DNA of 35,997 nt, from assembly GCF_001186125.1 (NCBI RefSeq), contig NW_014040117.1, positions 1 through 35,997 of the forward strand, written 5' to 3'. How positions within the stretch are numbered: the stretch's first letter is position 1; each line of letters begins with the position of its first letter. The position numbers were made by a program, and so were the translations under genes. This stretch comes from Sphaeroforma arctica JP610. Lineage: Eukaryota. The notes under the pieces are model-generated. The model made no database searches, had not been told where the DNA came from, and saw only the letters and a program-made list of their open reading frames with translations. Positions 12,501 to 24,124 of this stretch are shown here, in pieces.

Positions 12501-15372
12501 CTTGGTGCGAATTGGCCACAAACTGTAATGCGTACTTGTCTCACTCACCTGTACGTCCCTCTTGTTGCAGGCCAGCTCCAAGTAACGGGCAGAGTGTATA
12601 TCTGCATTTTGCAACACGGAATGAAGTTTCAAATCGGCAAACCTTAGTCTTATTACATATGAGCTCAGAGTTTGTAATGTAGGCCGGCTATATACTTACC
12701 GATCATCATGACCTGGAACCCTGATGAAAAGCTGACATGCAACGATCTGGGCGCATAGATCATACAATGGACGTGTTTCACGTACTTGAGCAGTGTCGCT
12801 GCTGTTGCGAGGGTGTAGTACCTGTAACAACAAAAGTCATCTAATAATATCAATTACTATATCCTATTAGTTATATGTATATACTAGATTGCAGGTTATA
12901 GAGGGAAACCGACAGATGCTGCCAGGTCGAGAATAAAATGCAGCAATATAGTTGAAATTTTCCTATTAATTCAGGGGGTTCATCAGGCGAGAACTTTCCT
13001 GTTGTATTTCCAAACTAGTTCCGATAATGAATATTGCAACAAGTACCATCCGTGCGTGCACTGGTGCTTTCCTTTCGATCAAAATAGAAGTAAATATATT
13101 CATTTCTAAACCACATGAACACTATCAAGATAAAACCTTACATACTTCTTCGACACTTCAATCTCCACAGCTTTCAATACGTCATTCTGGCACAGTTTGC
13201 GGATCATCTCCAGACCTGTAGATTCGAAAAGATATGAATCAGATATACAAACTATCATAGCTATTCGTATAACACTTTATCCAACCAAATATCTATCCCA
13301 CTATTACAATGATCTCTCAGGGGTCGCTCCATTCCACACCTGCCTTTTTCTCTGTATGGCGGGCATATACACCAATGCGACCTGTCACTCATGTACACGA
13401 TGTGAATTAAACATTACCTCTGGCTTCGTTAAAATAGCTTCTGGAGACCGTGACGATTGGGATCTCAGGAAAGCTCTCGCTTAGCACTCGGTACATGTGG
13501 GTGGTTTTACCATTGATACACGCTGTATTGGGCATGATGAGCTGCGAACAGGATACAAGATGGGATCCACGTCCAATCAGTGAACTAGGACTACCTAACT
13601 ATGTTTATAAGCAAAACAAGTATTCAAGATTTCTAAATTCGTCACTTGATCATACTATCGTTTAGATTTTAATTAACACCTTCAGCTGTTGCCATCAATT
13701 TCCATCAATCAATGAAGATTCGCAAACTCTACGCCACACTTACACACCGCTTTTGGTTCGTACATCTGGATAGTGGTCAGAGTCTTCACCAAGCTTTGGC
13801 TCTCAGTGAATTGGAAGAGCTGTAAATGTCTATTTCATACAGGAGTTTAAGTTATGACTTCAGAAATCTTTCTCCAGCTTTGCTTGTGCGTGTTCAGACC
13901 AGTGCGAACGACTTCGAGCTACAAGCAGACTACTGCTTTGAGAGGTGTGAATGTTACGCGAACTTGGCATGATTGCAAACAAGTGAATCTATTGAATTGG
14001 ATCAACAGGGCATGTCCTATGTATATAAAGACGTATATAGGCTCACTTGAAGCTCTGGCGCAAGCATAAAATCATAACAGCAGCAAGTCGCGTGCGTACC
14101 CACAAGACCAAAGTGGCGGGGGATCTCTGATAGCACGATCTCTGATAACACGATCCACTTACGGTCTATTTACATCTGCGAGAGCATACAAGGGGATATA
14201 TATGAGTTATATAGACCATGGAATAGTAGGGAAACTCGATAAGTTGGAAAGTGAATAAGCGAGATTTACACGTGCGATCCGTCACTTATCTTCTTGAAAT
14301 TCAATGTTTAGGCGTAATGAGTCCTGCATACACATATATATAAAGAACTGAAAGGAGGGCTCTTGGGTCAACTGACGTCGACACAAGACGCAATATACAT
14401 CTGTATTCATATCAATTACAGCTATTTCGGACTCTCTATGTTCATACCAATGACAGCCAATCCGGACTCAAGCGCGAGGCCTCTTCCCTCGACTACAGCT
14501 GATTGTGCGCATTTAAGTATACTTAGCATTCAGTAGGTTATGACAAACTGTGTAGGTAGCATTTCTTAACCCGTAACAACCCTGTGTGTCCTTCATAGTT
14601 TCCTCTTTCTCACCACACAGGGCGATCGTGCCATGTTTCCGCACTAGTCTTCATGAGGGACATGGTAGTTGTAATTTCGAAGCTTGTCTCGATGCGATTA
14701 GAGACACAGCACAACAACGTGTGGCGTATCAAGTAGGCGTATCCGGTAGGGCATCAATGCACACTCATCGCATATACAGCACCTTTAAGCTTGCGCAGGT
14801 TGCAAAATCGGTATTACGAATAAAAAACCGGCAATGCACTTACCTATATACACTTCTGGAGCTGTCCGTGCACTAGATTGATTGCAGCTCTTCTGACGCT
14901 TCGCCGACTTTCGTCTGGTGCATTTTTTTGCATTAAAGGTACGACATCTATTTAATGAGAATATCTTCCGTGTCCCATACTGTATTCAAATTACATGCTA
15001 AGAGGTTGCAATATGCTCTGTATGCTCTGAATTGTATTCGCTGCGGGATCGTCCTAAGAGATGTCTGGGTCGATCAGCTACGGCTCACGATCCGTGTCTG
15101 TACCTAAGTATCGCATAAATATAGCCTGAGCTGCAAAGCTGTTCACATGCGCACGCAAGAATTCCACAACTGTAGAGTGTATGACTCTCGCCAAGTGTGC
15201 GGAGGATGTATTATTCAGCAGCTTCCCACACACCACTGAAACAGTCTTCAAAAACGTGTACTTTCCAAGCCCTGAAGGCAACAAACGTCGTATAGTGTAG
15301 TGCAGCGCAGCACACTGTAACCCGTGATCCGGTTTGTGGGCTATGCGCTCCATTTTTACAAGTGCAAGACAA

Positions 15373-15408
<36 letters not shown>

Positions 15409-16639
15409 ACAGATGGTTCAAATACGATCGCATTTTTTAGCTAGGGATAGCCACACCTACTAGTATAAGTAGATATGCTCTTTCCAATTGAAGGCGAAAG
15501 AGTTTGCGAGTGCATTTGACTCAATCATACTAGTACTCGACCAAAATCCAGTGCCACGCGATTAAACTCGGAGCCATTTTTGTACTAAAACTTAACTATG
15601 TTTATCGGACATTGGAAAGAAATAGCTATATCACTGAGGAAAGCGCGATCATCGTACTCTTCATGCTTTTATCGTTAACACCTTTCGACATATTTCGTAT
15701 TTTTTATTTTTATCGATCTCGCTGATAATATACCTCGTGCATGCTAATAACTGGATTCGTCAGATTAAACTATGAGTAAAAACATCCGCTCATGTGCTTG
15801 TAATTAGAACATACGACTTAAAAATATAAGCTTTCTATTCATACACCTATATCAATAGCTGCTATGAAGTCTGCGCACATTACCCCTAGCTGGCATCATT
15901 GGTACAAAATAGGATAGTCACAAGGTATAATAACAATCCTGAAATCGATGATATACAACGCCACGTGTATATAAAAGAAACAATATATAAGTGAGTTACC
16001 ATGGTACATCCTTTAATTTGATCCACGTGCAAAGCAACTCTCTTTCTGCGAAACATGAGCACCCTTCAAGAATAGCTGAAATCAATCCACCGAATATTGT
16101 GTACATACAATTGCGGTAATCAGGCGCGAGTATCCGATACAGAAACAGATCCGCTGCAAACTCTAGTAGTGATACGATCCTTCAAATTGGCTACTTGCAA
16201 TTGAAACCCCAATGCAAAGATCTTCATCGTAAGTACAGATAGTCGCCAAGACAACCAACCAAAAATTACAAATGTATGAGTACACTAAGTGCCCACATTA
16301 CATGATGTAGGAGAATCTCGTGAAGATAACAATCGATAACTTGTGAGATTATAATATCCAGTACAAGCCCATAAATGGAATTGAGAATTCTACTTGCTGA
16401 TCTTAGCGAGTACTTTGTGAAGTATGTCCCAAGCAATTCTTCCCCACACCCTGGTATAATACAAACGTATACAAAGTCACAAGTATACCCCAACATTTAT
16501 TTAAAGTAAATTATTCATACCCTGATGTCGGAAGTTTACGAGGTGTCGACTTCAAACCAGGTCCACCCGAAACATTGGCATTGTAAGCACCCACCGACCG
16601 AGGGGCTGCTGGTGTTCGGATGGCAGACGACCTTAGCAT
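559..16639 (-). CDS. MSH4: MutS homolog 4 (meiotic MutS-gamma subunit), multi-exon, 3' end not fully resolved
   Basis: Hand-spliced exons 5'->3' on minus, all GT-AG with matching phases: 16521-16639 (ATG, MLRSSAIR), 14844-14914 (or to 14947), 14448-14498 (AVVEGRGLA), 14163-14175, 13748-13829, 13418-13541 (SYFNEARG), 13146-13215, 12700-12821 (YYTLATAATLLKYV), 12549-12601, 12276-12366 (TSGGARLLRMNILQP), 11351-11406, 11049-11114, 10850-10925, 10439-10512, 9607-9726 (QKCFAVK), 9251-9278, 9108-9148, 8168-8231, 7745-7857, 7591-7603, 7280-7325, 7010-7064, 6583-6658 (DMLLSFAH), 6310-6368 (GRHPIIE), 5557-5643 + 5111-5158 (Walker A GPNM|SGKST), 4154-4273 (GLYVPA..ETNSSTFMME), 3451-3523 (Walker B VIVDELGRG), 2609-2664, 2318-2397 (LFATHY), 1685-1709, 1249-1333, 559-659 (AGLP helix-turn-helix). 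Total 2358 nt = 786 codons with no internal stop. N-terminal AVVEGRG, YYxLAxAAxLLKY and the lack of a mismatch-binding domain match MSH4 rather than MSH2/3/5/6. Confidence 0.95.
15376..15404. repeat. (TA)n microsatellite in the first MSH4 coding intron
   Basis: Seen directly. Confidence 0.95.
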
Positions 16640-18082
16640 TCTGGTTTATGGGATCTTCCGAGCGTTGGCTGACTGCGTAAATGAATATCTATGATTGACA
16701 ACGCTGTAGAGTTGACTTACACAGCTATATGCTGTAAAAGTAAGTAGTAGTGTAGCATAGTGCCTACTGTGAATTGGCAGACCCCATCTAATGAACACTC
16801 GGTTTGCATTCCAAATATACTTTCGGTACCACGAAATCGTGTTTTCAGACTAGTTCAAGCACGACAGAACCGCATTCCGTAAAATATGATAGGCACTGTG
16901 CTGACTGAGTCACCGTATGGAACCGAGAGTGTAGTGCCAGTGTTGTACAGTAGTCTCAATATATATAAATGCGTTGAGCGCAATAAGCGGTACAATCTCT
17001 ATACAAAATGAACAGCGTGCGGTCAAAAGCAATCCATACTTGAACACTCTAGTAGAAAGACGGCACACCTTTCACTATATTCACTTTCGTTTGCTCAAGT
17101 TGAAGAATCAACTTGGTCAATCTCACCATAATACCAAGTGCTAGAGAATCACAGGGATTGGCACTAAGAATGCAGATTATGGCTGAAGACACTCCCAAGA
17201 CTGAATCGACTCGTGAACTGGTGAGAGTCAGATCACGCGCCATTTCCCAGTTCAAATACAAGATATAGAGGCTTCAGAGTAATAAGAATGCGTGAATCTT
17301 GCGATACTTAGCAGGGCACTAAAATATTTTTAAGAACCAAGCAGCAATATTAATGGTAGCGTTTGAATAGAATACTCGGATGTGCCGCGCCCCCGCCCGT
17401 CTATGCGAATGTATTCGATAGTGCTTGAACGTGACACCTCGCATGTTACACATACACAGGAACACTTTCTGTGTATACTACTTGTTCCATGAAAATATGG
17501 AGGACTGAGAGAAATCAAACATACTGGCGACCAGTGTTTAATAGCTACAGAGTGTCGCAATGAGAGCTCGTATCTATTTGTTCAGCTTGTGTACAGTGTA
17601 CGTGCATTAATGTAATACCAACAAACCTCATAGCCTCTTACAAGAAGATATGGACTATAGAGATAGGCTATGGCCTCTTATAAATAATCAATTAAATATA
17701 GCATCCCGAAAATGAGATGGGCTTTCATAGCCTGCTGAAAATTGAACAAGGCTATATCTGTTGAATTTCAGGAGGTCAGGAGGCTATATATCTTATTTCT
17801 ATTTTCTTTCGTGTATAATAGAAGCGCGCCAACTGCAGTTCCCCAAATATAGAGTTAAAACCCTGAAAACTCAAAACCCCCTTTTGGAAAAAACAACAAA
17901 TTAAAAAATGAAGAACTACAGACACATGATGTTGCAGCCGATGTTCCGAAGAAGCTGATATTGTAAAATACATACGAGAAAGCTGTGAAGAAAGCTTATA
18001 CTTTCCATCAGGCCATTACTGTACTTTACACGTAAACACATCTGTTAGTCGTACGACACTGCAACACATATCAACGCGCAAT
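16640..18082. promoter_or_regulatory. Divergent intergenic region between MSH4 and TRM112 (5' UTRs and promoters)
   Basis: The two ATGs point away from each other about 1.44 kb apart. GC-box-like GCCCCCGCCC near 17390. No transcription start can be determined. Confidence 0.5.
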
Positions 18083-18677
18083 ATGAAGCTTTTAACGCAC
18101 AATATGCTGACATGCCATGTCGCAAAATGCAAGAAAAACAACTTTCCACTGAAGATTGTGTTGGCAAATGAGAGCAGCATCCACATGGAGGAGAGCGATA
18201 TGAACCCTGACTTTATCAGGCATATGATACCTAAGATTGATTGGCGAGCCCTAAAAGAAGCAGCAGATTCGGTATGCACAAGCTGCCTTTGCTTTATGTA
18301 AATCATTAGTATGCATATCTTCTTGTTCAAATACATCCTATAAGTTCACACCGTAGCCATAAGTTATCGCCTTCTGATTGGGGTCGTGAGCATATATATG
18401 TGAGTATATTATTGAACCTGTGATGTCTTTTGCTTGGATTTAAACCATGCCACATTTATTACCGTTCTTGTGTGTATAGCTGGAACTCACAGGTTTGCCA
18501 AGTAATGCCCCGACGCCCGAAAACGTGGACGAGAACACGATGAACGCTTTACATCATATTCTAATGGAAGCGGATATACAGAATTGTCAATTAGTGTGTC
18601 CGAATGAAGAGTGCAAGCGAAGCTATCCTGTGGTACAGGGTGTGCCAAATCTGCTACTAACGAAGGATGAGGTTTGA
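18083..18677 (+). CDS. TRM112: Multifunctional methyltransferase activator subunit TRM112, 128 aa, 2 exons (18083-18271, 18480-18677)
   Basis: MKLLTHNMLTCHV..FPL..NPDFI..IDWRAL..LHHILME..LVCP..C.RSYPVVQGVPNLLLTKDEV is the Trm112 family pattern. The phase-0 intron GTATGC...TATAG joins the two ORF-track pieces. Confidence 0.97.
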
Positions 18678-19919
18678 TTTTAGGTCATTTAGTAAAATAT
18701 ATAAAAGCATATAGAAGTATATGACACATTTTACTTTCGCAAGTATTTAAATGCTTTGTGAAGATTGCAGCTTTACTTGATAGTGCATCTTTAAATATTG
18801 GTTGCAAAAAGAAACCAAATACGTGTCGCTCGAATTTACTAGTAGAAAATGGTTGTAATATGAATACTACTTGTAAATCATGAATAGATCCGTGGTTGTT
18901 GGCTGATGCCTGTAGTTGTGCAACATGTATACTCAATACGTGCACATAGCAGAAATTTCTTACCAGTTACATTTTGTGATCGTGGCGCATATTGACTTGG
19001 TCATTGTTAGGCAATTCGCTATTAATGAATTAGAGTTGAAGCTATTTAAATCTTTCATTGTGAGTGTGTCCGAATTGTATATTGTGAGCAGGGAGGAATT
19101 GTATGCTGTATCATTGACCTGTCAACTTGTTCAAAAATGCGGTGACGAGATGTCCCAATCATCATACTGGATAATAAACTACATATTTTGCAGCTTGTGA
19201 TAATTTACACCACAGATCTAGCTTCTTGCGAACGGAAGGAATCTAGTAGCTATTAAGTTAAGTACCCCCTGATGAGCCAATTGCTTCCGACTAGGCTGGC
19301 ATGTGAAGCAGTGTGTGCTCAAACGTTTTCATGGCATTTCTATGAGCATTCGCTGAGAGTTCAGGAACAACAGTGTGAATGTTTCACGGCACAGTGGTAA
19401 GAATATAACGCTGGCATGTCTTATTCGGCACGGCATGTTAATGCATTGTTGGGATGATTCTGCCAAACTATGTGGTGGGTTGTCTTTCTACGGTATTCAA
19501 AATAACGCACATCAACAACCATACGAAAACATCATGTTGGTGGTACTGGTGTAGAGGACTTTCGACTCGTGTATATATGTACTCTGAAGAATCTACACAA
19601 AGACAACCGAGGGATACGTATAGAGTTGAAACCTAGCCCATGTGTAACGTTACTCTCGAGAGTATCAGTAAGTCTGACAATGAAACCAAGTAAGTGCATA
19701 TTGCGCGATGATGTGAACTATACAAGATTCATTTACAATGGCAATATTGCATTAACCTCAAAGGTACCTGAGAAGACATATGTGAACTGAATACACCAAC
19801 CTAGATGCAACTACAAGTCTATATTATGTCCTATAGCTGCTCACTCTGATAGAAATCACAGGCATAGAAGTATATATAAATTACAATGCAAGAATATGGT
19901 TTTATACATACGTACAAAC

Positions 19920-19998
<79 letters not shown>

Positions 19999-20036
19999 TA
20001 TATATATATATATTATATATGTATATATATGTGTGT
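19920..20036. repeat. Compound (TA)n/(TG)n microsatellite ending at an assembly gap (N 20037-20056)
   Basis: Seen directly. Confidence 0.97.
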
Positions 20037-20067
20037 NNNNNNNNNNNNNNNNNNNNTATTAAAAATA

Positions 20068-20151
20068 TATACTTATACTTATACCTATACTTATACTTAT
20101 ACTTATACTTATACTTATACTTATACTTATACTTATACTTATACTTATACT
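20068..20151. repeat. (TATACT)n hexanucleotide repeat, about 14 copies
   Basis: Seen directly; one TATACC variant unit. Confidence 0.97.
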
Positions 20152-20244
20152 CATATAGTTATATAGTTATATAATTATATAATTATTAGGTCAACATAAA
20201 CTGGCAGGAATTTGTTAACTTCGTCAACCTTTCTCAGCCCGTAG

Positions 20245-20564
20245 GTTTGATTTTAGGTATTTTTAGTTATGATGCAGAATCAATGCGGACCGTATACCCA
20301 AATTTGGTGGACAATATTGAAGAAAAGACTGGCCATCGATTAAGGTTTGGGTCGTTGCACAGACTGCTGAATGACGACAGCATTTCTTGCACGGAATCGC
20401 TTGTGCGCAAGCACCTGCAAGACATGTCTGGTCAATCAAATGGAAGCTTTCATGACGAAAATGAATGTAAAGCTTCACAAAAAAGCAGTACGAATACAAA
20501 TATATTCCAGGATCTACCCATCCATCAATTTGTATATCTATACACTTATCTAGATATTCATTAG
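20245..20564 (+). other. Possible orphan exon or ORF of unknown function
   Basis: 105-codon open frame of protein-like composition directly after a pyrimidine-rich acceptor (cctttctcagcccgtag). No recognisable motif. Confidence 0.25.
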
Positions 20565-20799
20565 CATCCAAAAATTACGTTATGACTAATTTTGCTCACT
20601 ATGTAATTGTCAATCTAATTTACGTATGCGTATACGGACAAGGCTTCGCTTCCTAGGTACATTGCGTAGGATTGTTTACCCGAACTGAGAGTTGAATTAC
20701 AACGTGTCTTTTTGATTTCAACGTGCGCCATGTAAATTCTTTGTCTTGAAAATTAGAATACGTGCATGTATGTAGACGCTCGCATCTGTGTGGACCTCT

Positions 20800-22032
20800 A
20801 ATTTGTCCTTGCTTCCCCGCTCTTCACTGTCACTCTGTTCTTCTCCTTTAGCTCCATGAGTTCAGCCTTTTTCGACCTCTGCCGCCTGTATCGAAAACTT
20901 CACCAATTCTTTCTGCGCCTTCCCGACGGTCTTCTGCTTCTCTAGCTCGTTTTCTGCAGCCACTTTGTTCACCTTCTCGGCGGTCATGTCCTCCTTTATA
21001 TTATTTTAGCGCTGGATCTATTCTTCCTTATGTCCTTGTGTTGTCTCTTCGTCTCAATTAGTGCCTGCAGTCGCTCCTTTTCATCTTCCTTCGCTTTGGC
21101 CTCTGCCAGTCGCTTCGCCTCGGCTTCGTTCGTATTGGCCTCCGCCACTTCCTTCTTGTACTCGATGGAATCTTCATTTTTCTGTCGCTTTTCCTCGCTT
21201 AGCACCTGCAGTCGCTTCTATTCGGCATTCTTCGCGTTTTGCTCCACCAATTGTCGTTGTACTATTTCTTCGTCTCACTCTATACTGCCATTCGCTTTTC
21301 TTCGGCTGTGACCACCTGGGGGGTTTTTTTCCTAATCTAACTTGTGCTGCTTGTTGGCTTCGTCGAGTACAGCAAGGTGCTTCTCTTCAATCTTGATCTG
21401 TTCCAGATCCAAATCCAATCCGTGCGTTTTCTTCGCATCACTCAATACAACCAGGTTCTTCTTCTCCATCATTGTTTCGTTTTGAGCCACCTGAGCTACA
21501 CATCCGGTATTGACGTACCAGACCTGAACCTTGCTTGTATCTGCCTTCAAGTAGGTCTCGACAATTTCGCACGTACAAGCTCGTGTACAAATAATATCTT
21601 TGCACGAGGCGGACTGTGCAGGTGGGGTCGGTGCACACACCAGGCATGAATCGGTTAGATGTCATACCCGCATAGTTTGTCCCTGCAGTCTGTGCTAGTG
21701 TGTGCATCCAGCAGCCCTGCACAATTTCAGAAATTCGAAATTCAGAAGACATTTTGTCAGATAGTATTGATTTTCACAAAGTCCACTGGCAGTTGCGCAA
21801 GAGGTTTGTCAACATCAGTGTTTACCCACAATGCTATCTATTCAATAGCCTGATCGGGACCCAAGAAGTGACCGAGATTTTCACTCATAGAAAAAAAGTA
21901 ATCGTCCAAAGGACCCCCACTCCACAATATCCATTAGTTATTTGTACTGCTGATCATCCACCGTTTGGACCGTTTAAAACAACGCCCTTGATGCTTCCGG
22001 AGTACCGGCAAAATGTTTGCCTGTCTCTCAAA
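20800..22032 (-). pseudogene. Decayed, intronless erlin-like SPFH/band-7 gene with extended C-terminal coiled coil (5' end cut by gap)
   Basis: Fragments joined across stops and frameshifts: VQITNGYCG..ITFF..HFLGPDQAIE*IALWVNTDVDKPL (erlin: VKNVPCG..IYFD.IEVVNFLVP..ADYDKAL), TVRLV (erlin AVRVT), EIVETYLKADTSKVQV..NETMMEKK (erlin AIRRNYELMESEKTKL..EAETERKK), then E/K/A-rich heptads at 20800-21420. Confidence 0.6.
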
Positions 22033-22059
22033 NNNNNNNNNNNNNNNNNNNNGCGCTGA

Positions 22060-22865
22060 ACTGATCAATGATAGGCTGACCAGATAGTAAGGGTGTTATA
22101 GTTTACTAGCTCGATGGATGATGTCCCTCGATTTAATCGAAAACGAGTATTCTAGCACATCAAAGATGTCACCCAGCGATATTTTGTCCGAGAGATTTGC
22201 CAAGAGACCCATCATATCTGTTGGTAGAAAAGTCATCACTTCCTCGGGCAGCATTGAGATGATTTTCTCGATGTCTCCGATAGTAATATGATGCATATCA
22301 AAATATTTTCGTTAAATTACGCTTGACCAATACCACAACGTCACGGACGACTACAAAGTCGCTGTCTAAGGAGCATATCATACGTATGGTGGACTCGAAT
22401 CATTCTGGAATGATGCCTTCGGGCAGAGCGTGCAGTACTGTTTTCATATAACCCAGAGTTATATGAAAATCAAGCACTGAACCCAGTTGAGTCGTAGAAG
22501 TAAGGCGAAGTCCGCCTTCACAACCTTGGAGACGACCTCCAATATTTCTTGTAGCTTGGCGGTCAATCACAATAGCTAAAACCTTCTAGATCAATGAGAC
22601 TGGACATCCCTCTTACCAGCGGTAACCTTGGCCATAGATAGACCTATAATGTTGAGAATTTTTATGGCGGTCGCTTGGTCAGCCATAAGATGTTGTAGCA
22701 TATGCTTTAATCTAGTGTCCGGGTTGGCGGGTTCATTAGGGTCTGTTGTGAGGTACTCAACGATAGGCAGGATAGTGTTAAAAATAGTTTAATTCCCAGC
22801 AACGGGTAGCATCGCCAACACACAAAACTTTCCAAATTTACTTTGTATCTCGGAGGCTGAGTCTA
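22060..22865 (-). pseudogene. Decayed coding sequence of unknown family (helical, aliphatic-rich)
   Basis: Long protein-like frames broken by a few stops and frameshifts (TIFNTILPIVEYLTTDPNEPANPDTRLKHMLQHLM; VLHALPEGIIP; IISMLPEEVMTFLP). A possible signal-peptide-like 5' piece lies at about 23060-23255. Confidence 0.45.
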
Positions 22866-23467
22866 TTTTTTTTTTTTAATTTATCAAAGTGCCATTGCTA
22901 TTGATAGCCAAGAACATATACCGTTGGGATTGAACTTATAATACAATGGTTTTTTAATCATTACGACTATTATGCGTCGAAACGGTGTCATTCATTTGTC
23001 ATGATCAAAAAATCAGAGGATCCCGTGTGCACGGTTGAATAGAAGAATCTGTGAAGTGCCGTTCAGAGTTAGACCTTCGTCAACGACGTTCCTTCATTCC
23101 CATGCCAGTAATCACGTCCGAGATTCACTCCATCAAAGCCTTCGAGACCCATACTAGCAAATTTTCTCGAAATGAAGGACAGATGCTGCGAGCGCAAAAA
23201 CCAAGCGCCACAGAAGCGGTTCTCATCGCTATATTGTACTTGTTGCTGGAAAACATATCTTAAGCATAATGATTTGTTTTAGCGATGTGACAATTTTGTC
23301 TTTCGAGGGCCATGTACTGTAATGTCATGATATCAACATATCAAATTACAGGTTCGCGTGAACGCAGTGCACCAACACAAAGAGGACATTCTGGCACACT
23401 AAGTCACTCAGTGAAGCGAAAACGTCACTCACTGGGAAGGGCGATAGAAATGAAGAAGAAAATAGTG

Positions 23468-24124
23468 TGCAGTGCGCGTTTAGCCAAAATAGTGCACATG
23501 TGAGAGTTCGCAGAAAACCGGTACTCGCTTATTCGACACAGTTCAATATACGTAATGTTGACTTACTAGAATTTGCTAATAGGTACTTCAAACTTCACTC
23601 TTTTTATGCTACTTGTTGCAGAATATTGCACCAGCAATCGCCTTTCAGCTTTGATACAAGTTCGGCTTTTCCATAACATCACTATGCATGTACTCACCTG
23701 TAGTCCTTCACAAGTACTCGCATCTCATTGTTATTTTCTGTTCACAAGGACATAGTTGCTTGATAAGGTACGCAATCTATCATTCACTCAGTCTTCAATA
23801 TCAATCCTCAATCTTGCACACTGCTACTTTTTGTAGTATTCATGACATGCAACACACAATACAAGTCTTTATCAGAATAGCAAACCTTGTATTACCTAAT
23901 ATACTTTGACATGTAACTGAATGCCTTCAAATGCATAAAGTACACTACGTGACAAAGCAATTTAGTACTATCGGACATGTCACTGACCATCTGGCTTTTA
24001 TCACAATCACAATATTTCGGTAAGTTCAAATGAACAACAATTATGTTGATCTTTCTAGGAGTTTCAGATAATACTTTAATCTAAGAATAAACATATTGTT
24101 TTCTGTACCTGTGGGCGTCCTACA
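23468..24124 (-). repeat. 3' LTR (657 bp)
   Basis: Colinear with 26058-26754 (shared blocks gagagttcgcag, gacacagttcaatatacg, ttgcaccagcaatcgcctt, gtattcatgacatgca, ggcgtcctaca). Preceded on minus by the PPT. Confidence 0.85.

Noticed and set aside
204..16496. Most 60-190 aa ORF-track entries across MSH4 (for example 4159-4731 and 15078-15353)
   Set aside because: Intronic, antisense or off-frame, with no recognisable motifs; a few merely overlap true exons.
19896..20174. ORFs with CVCV and YLYL runs
   Set aside because: Translations of microsatellites spanning an N gap.
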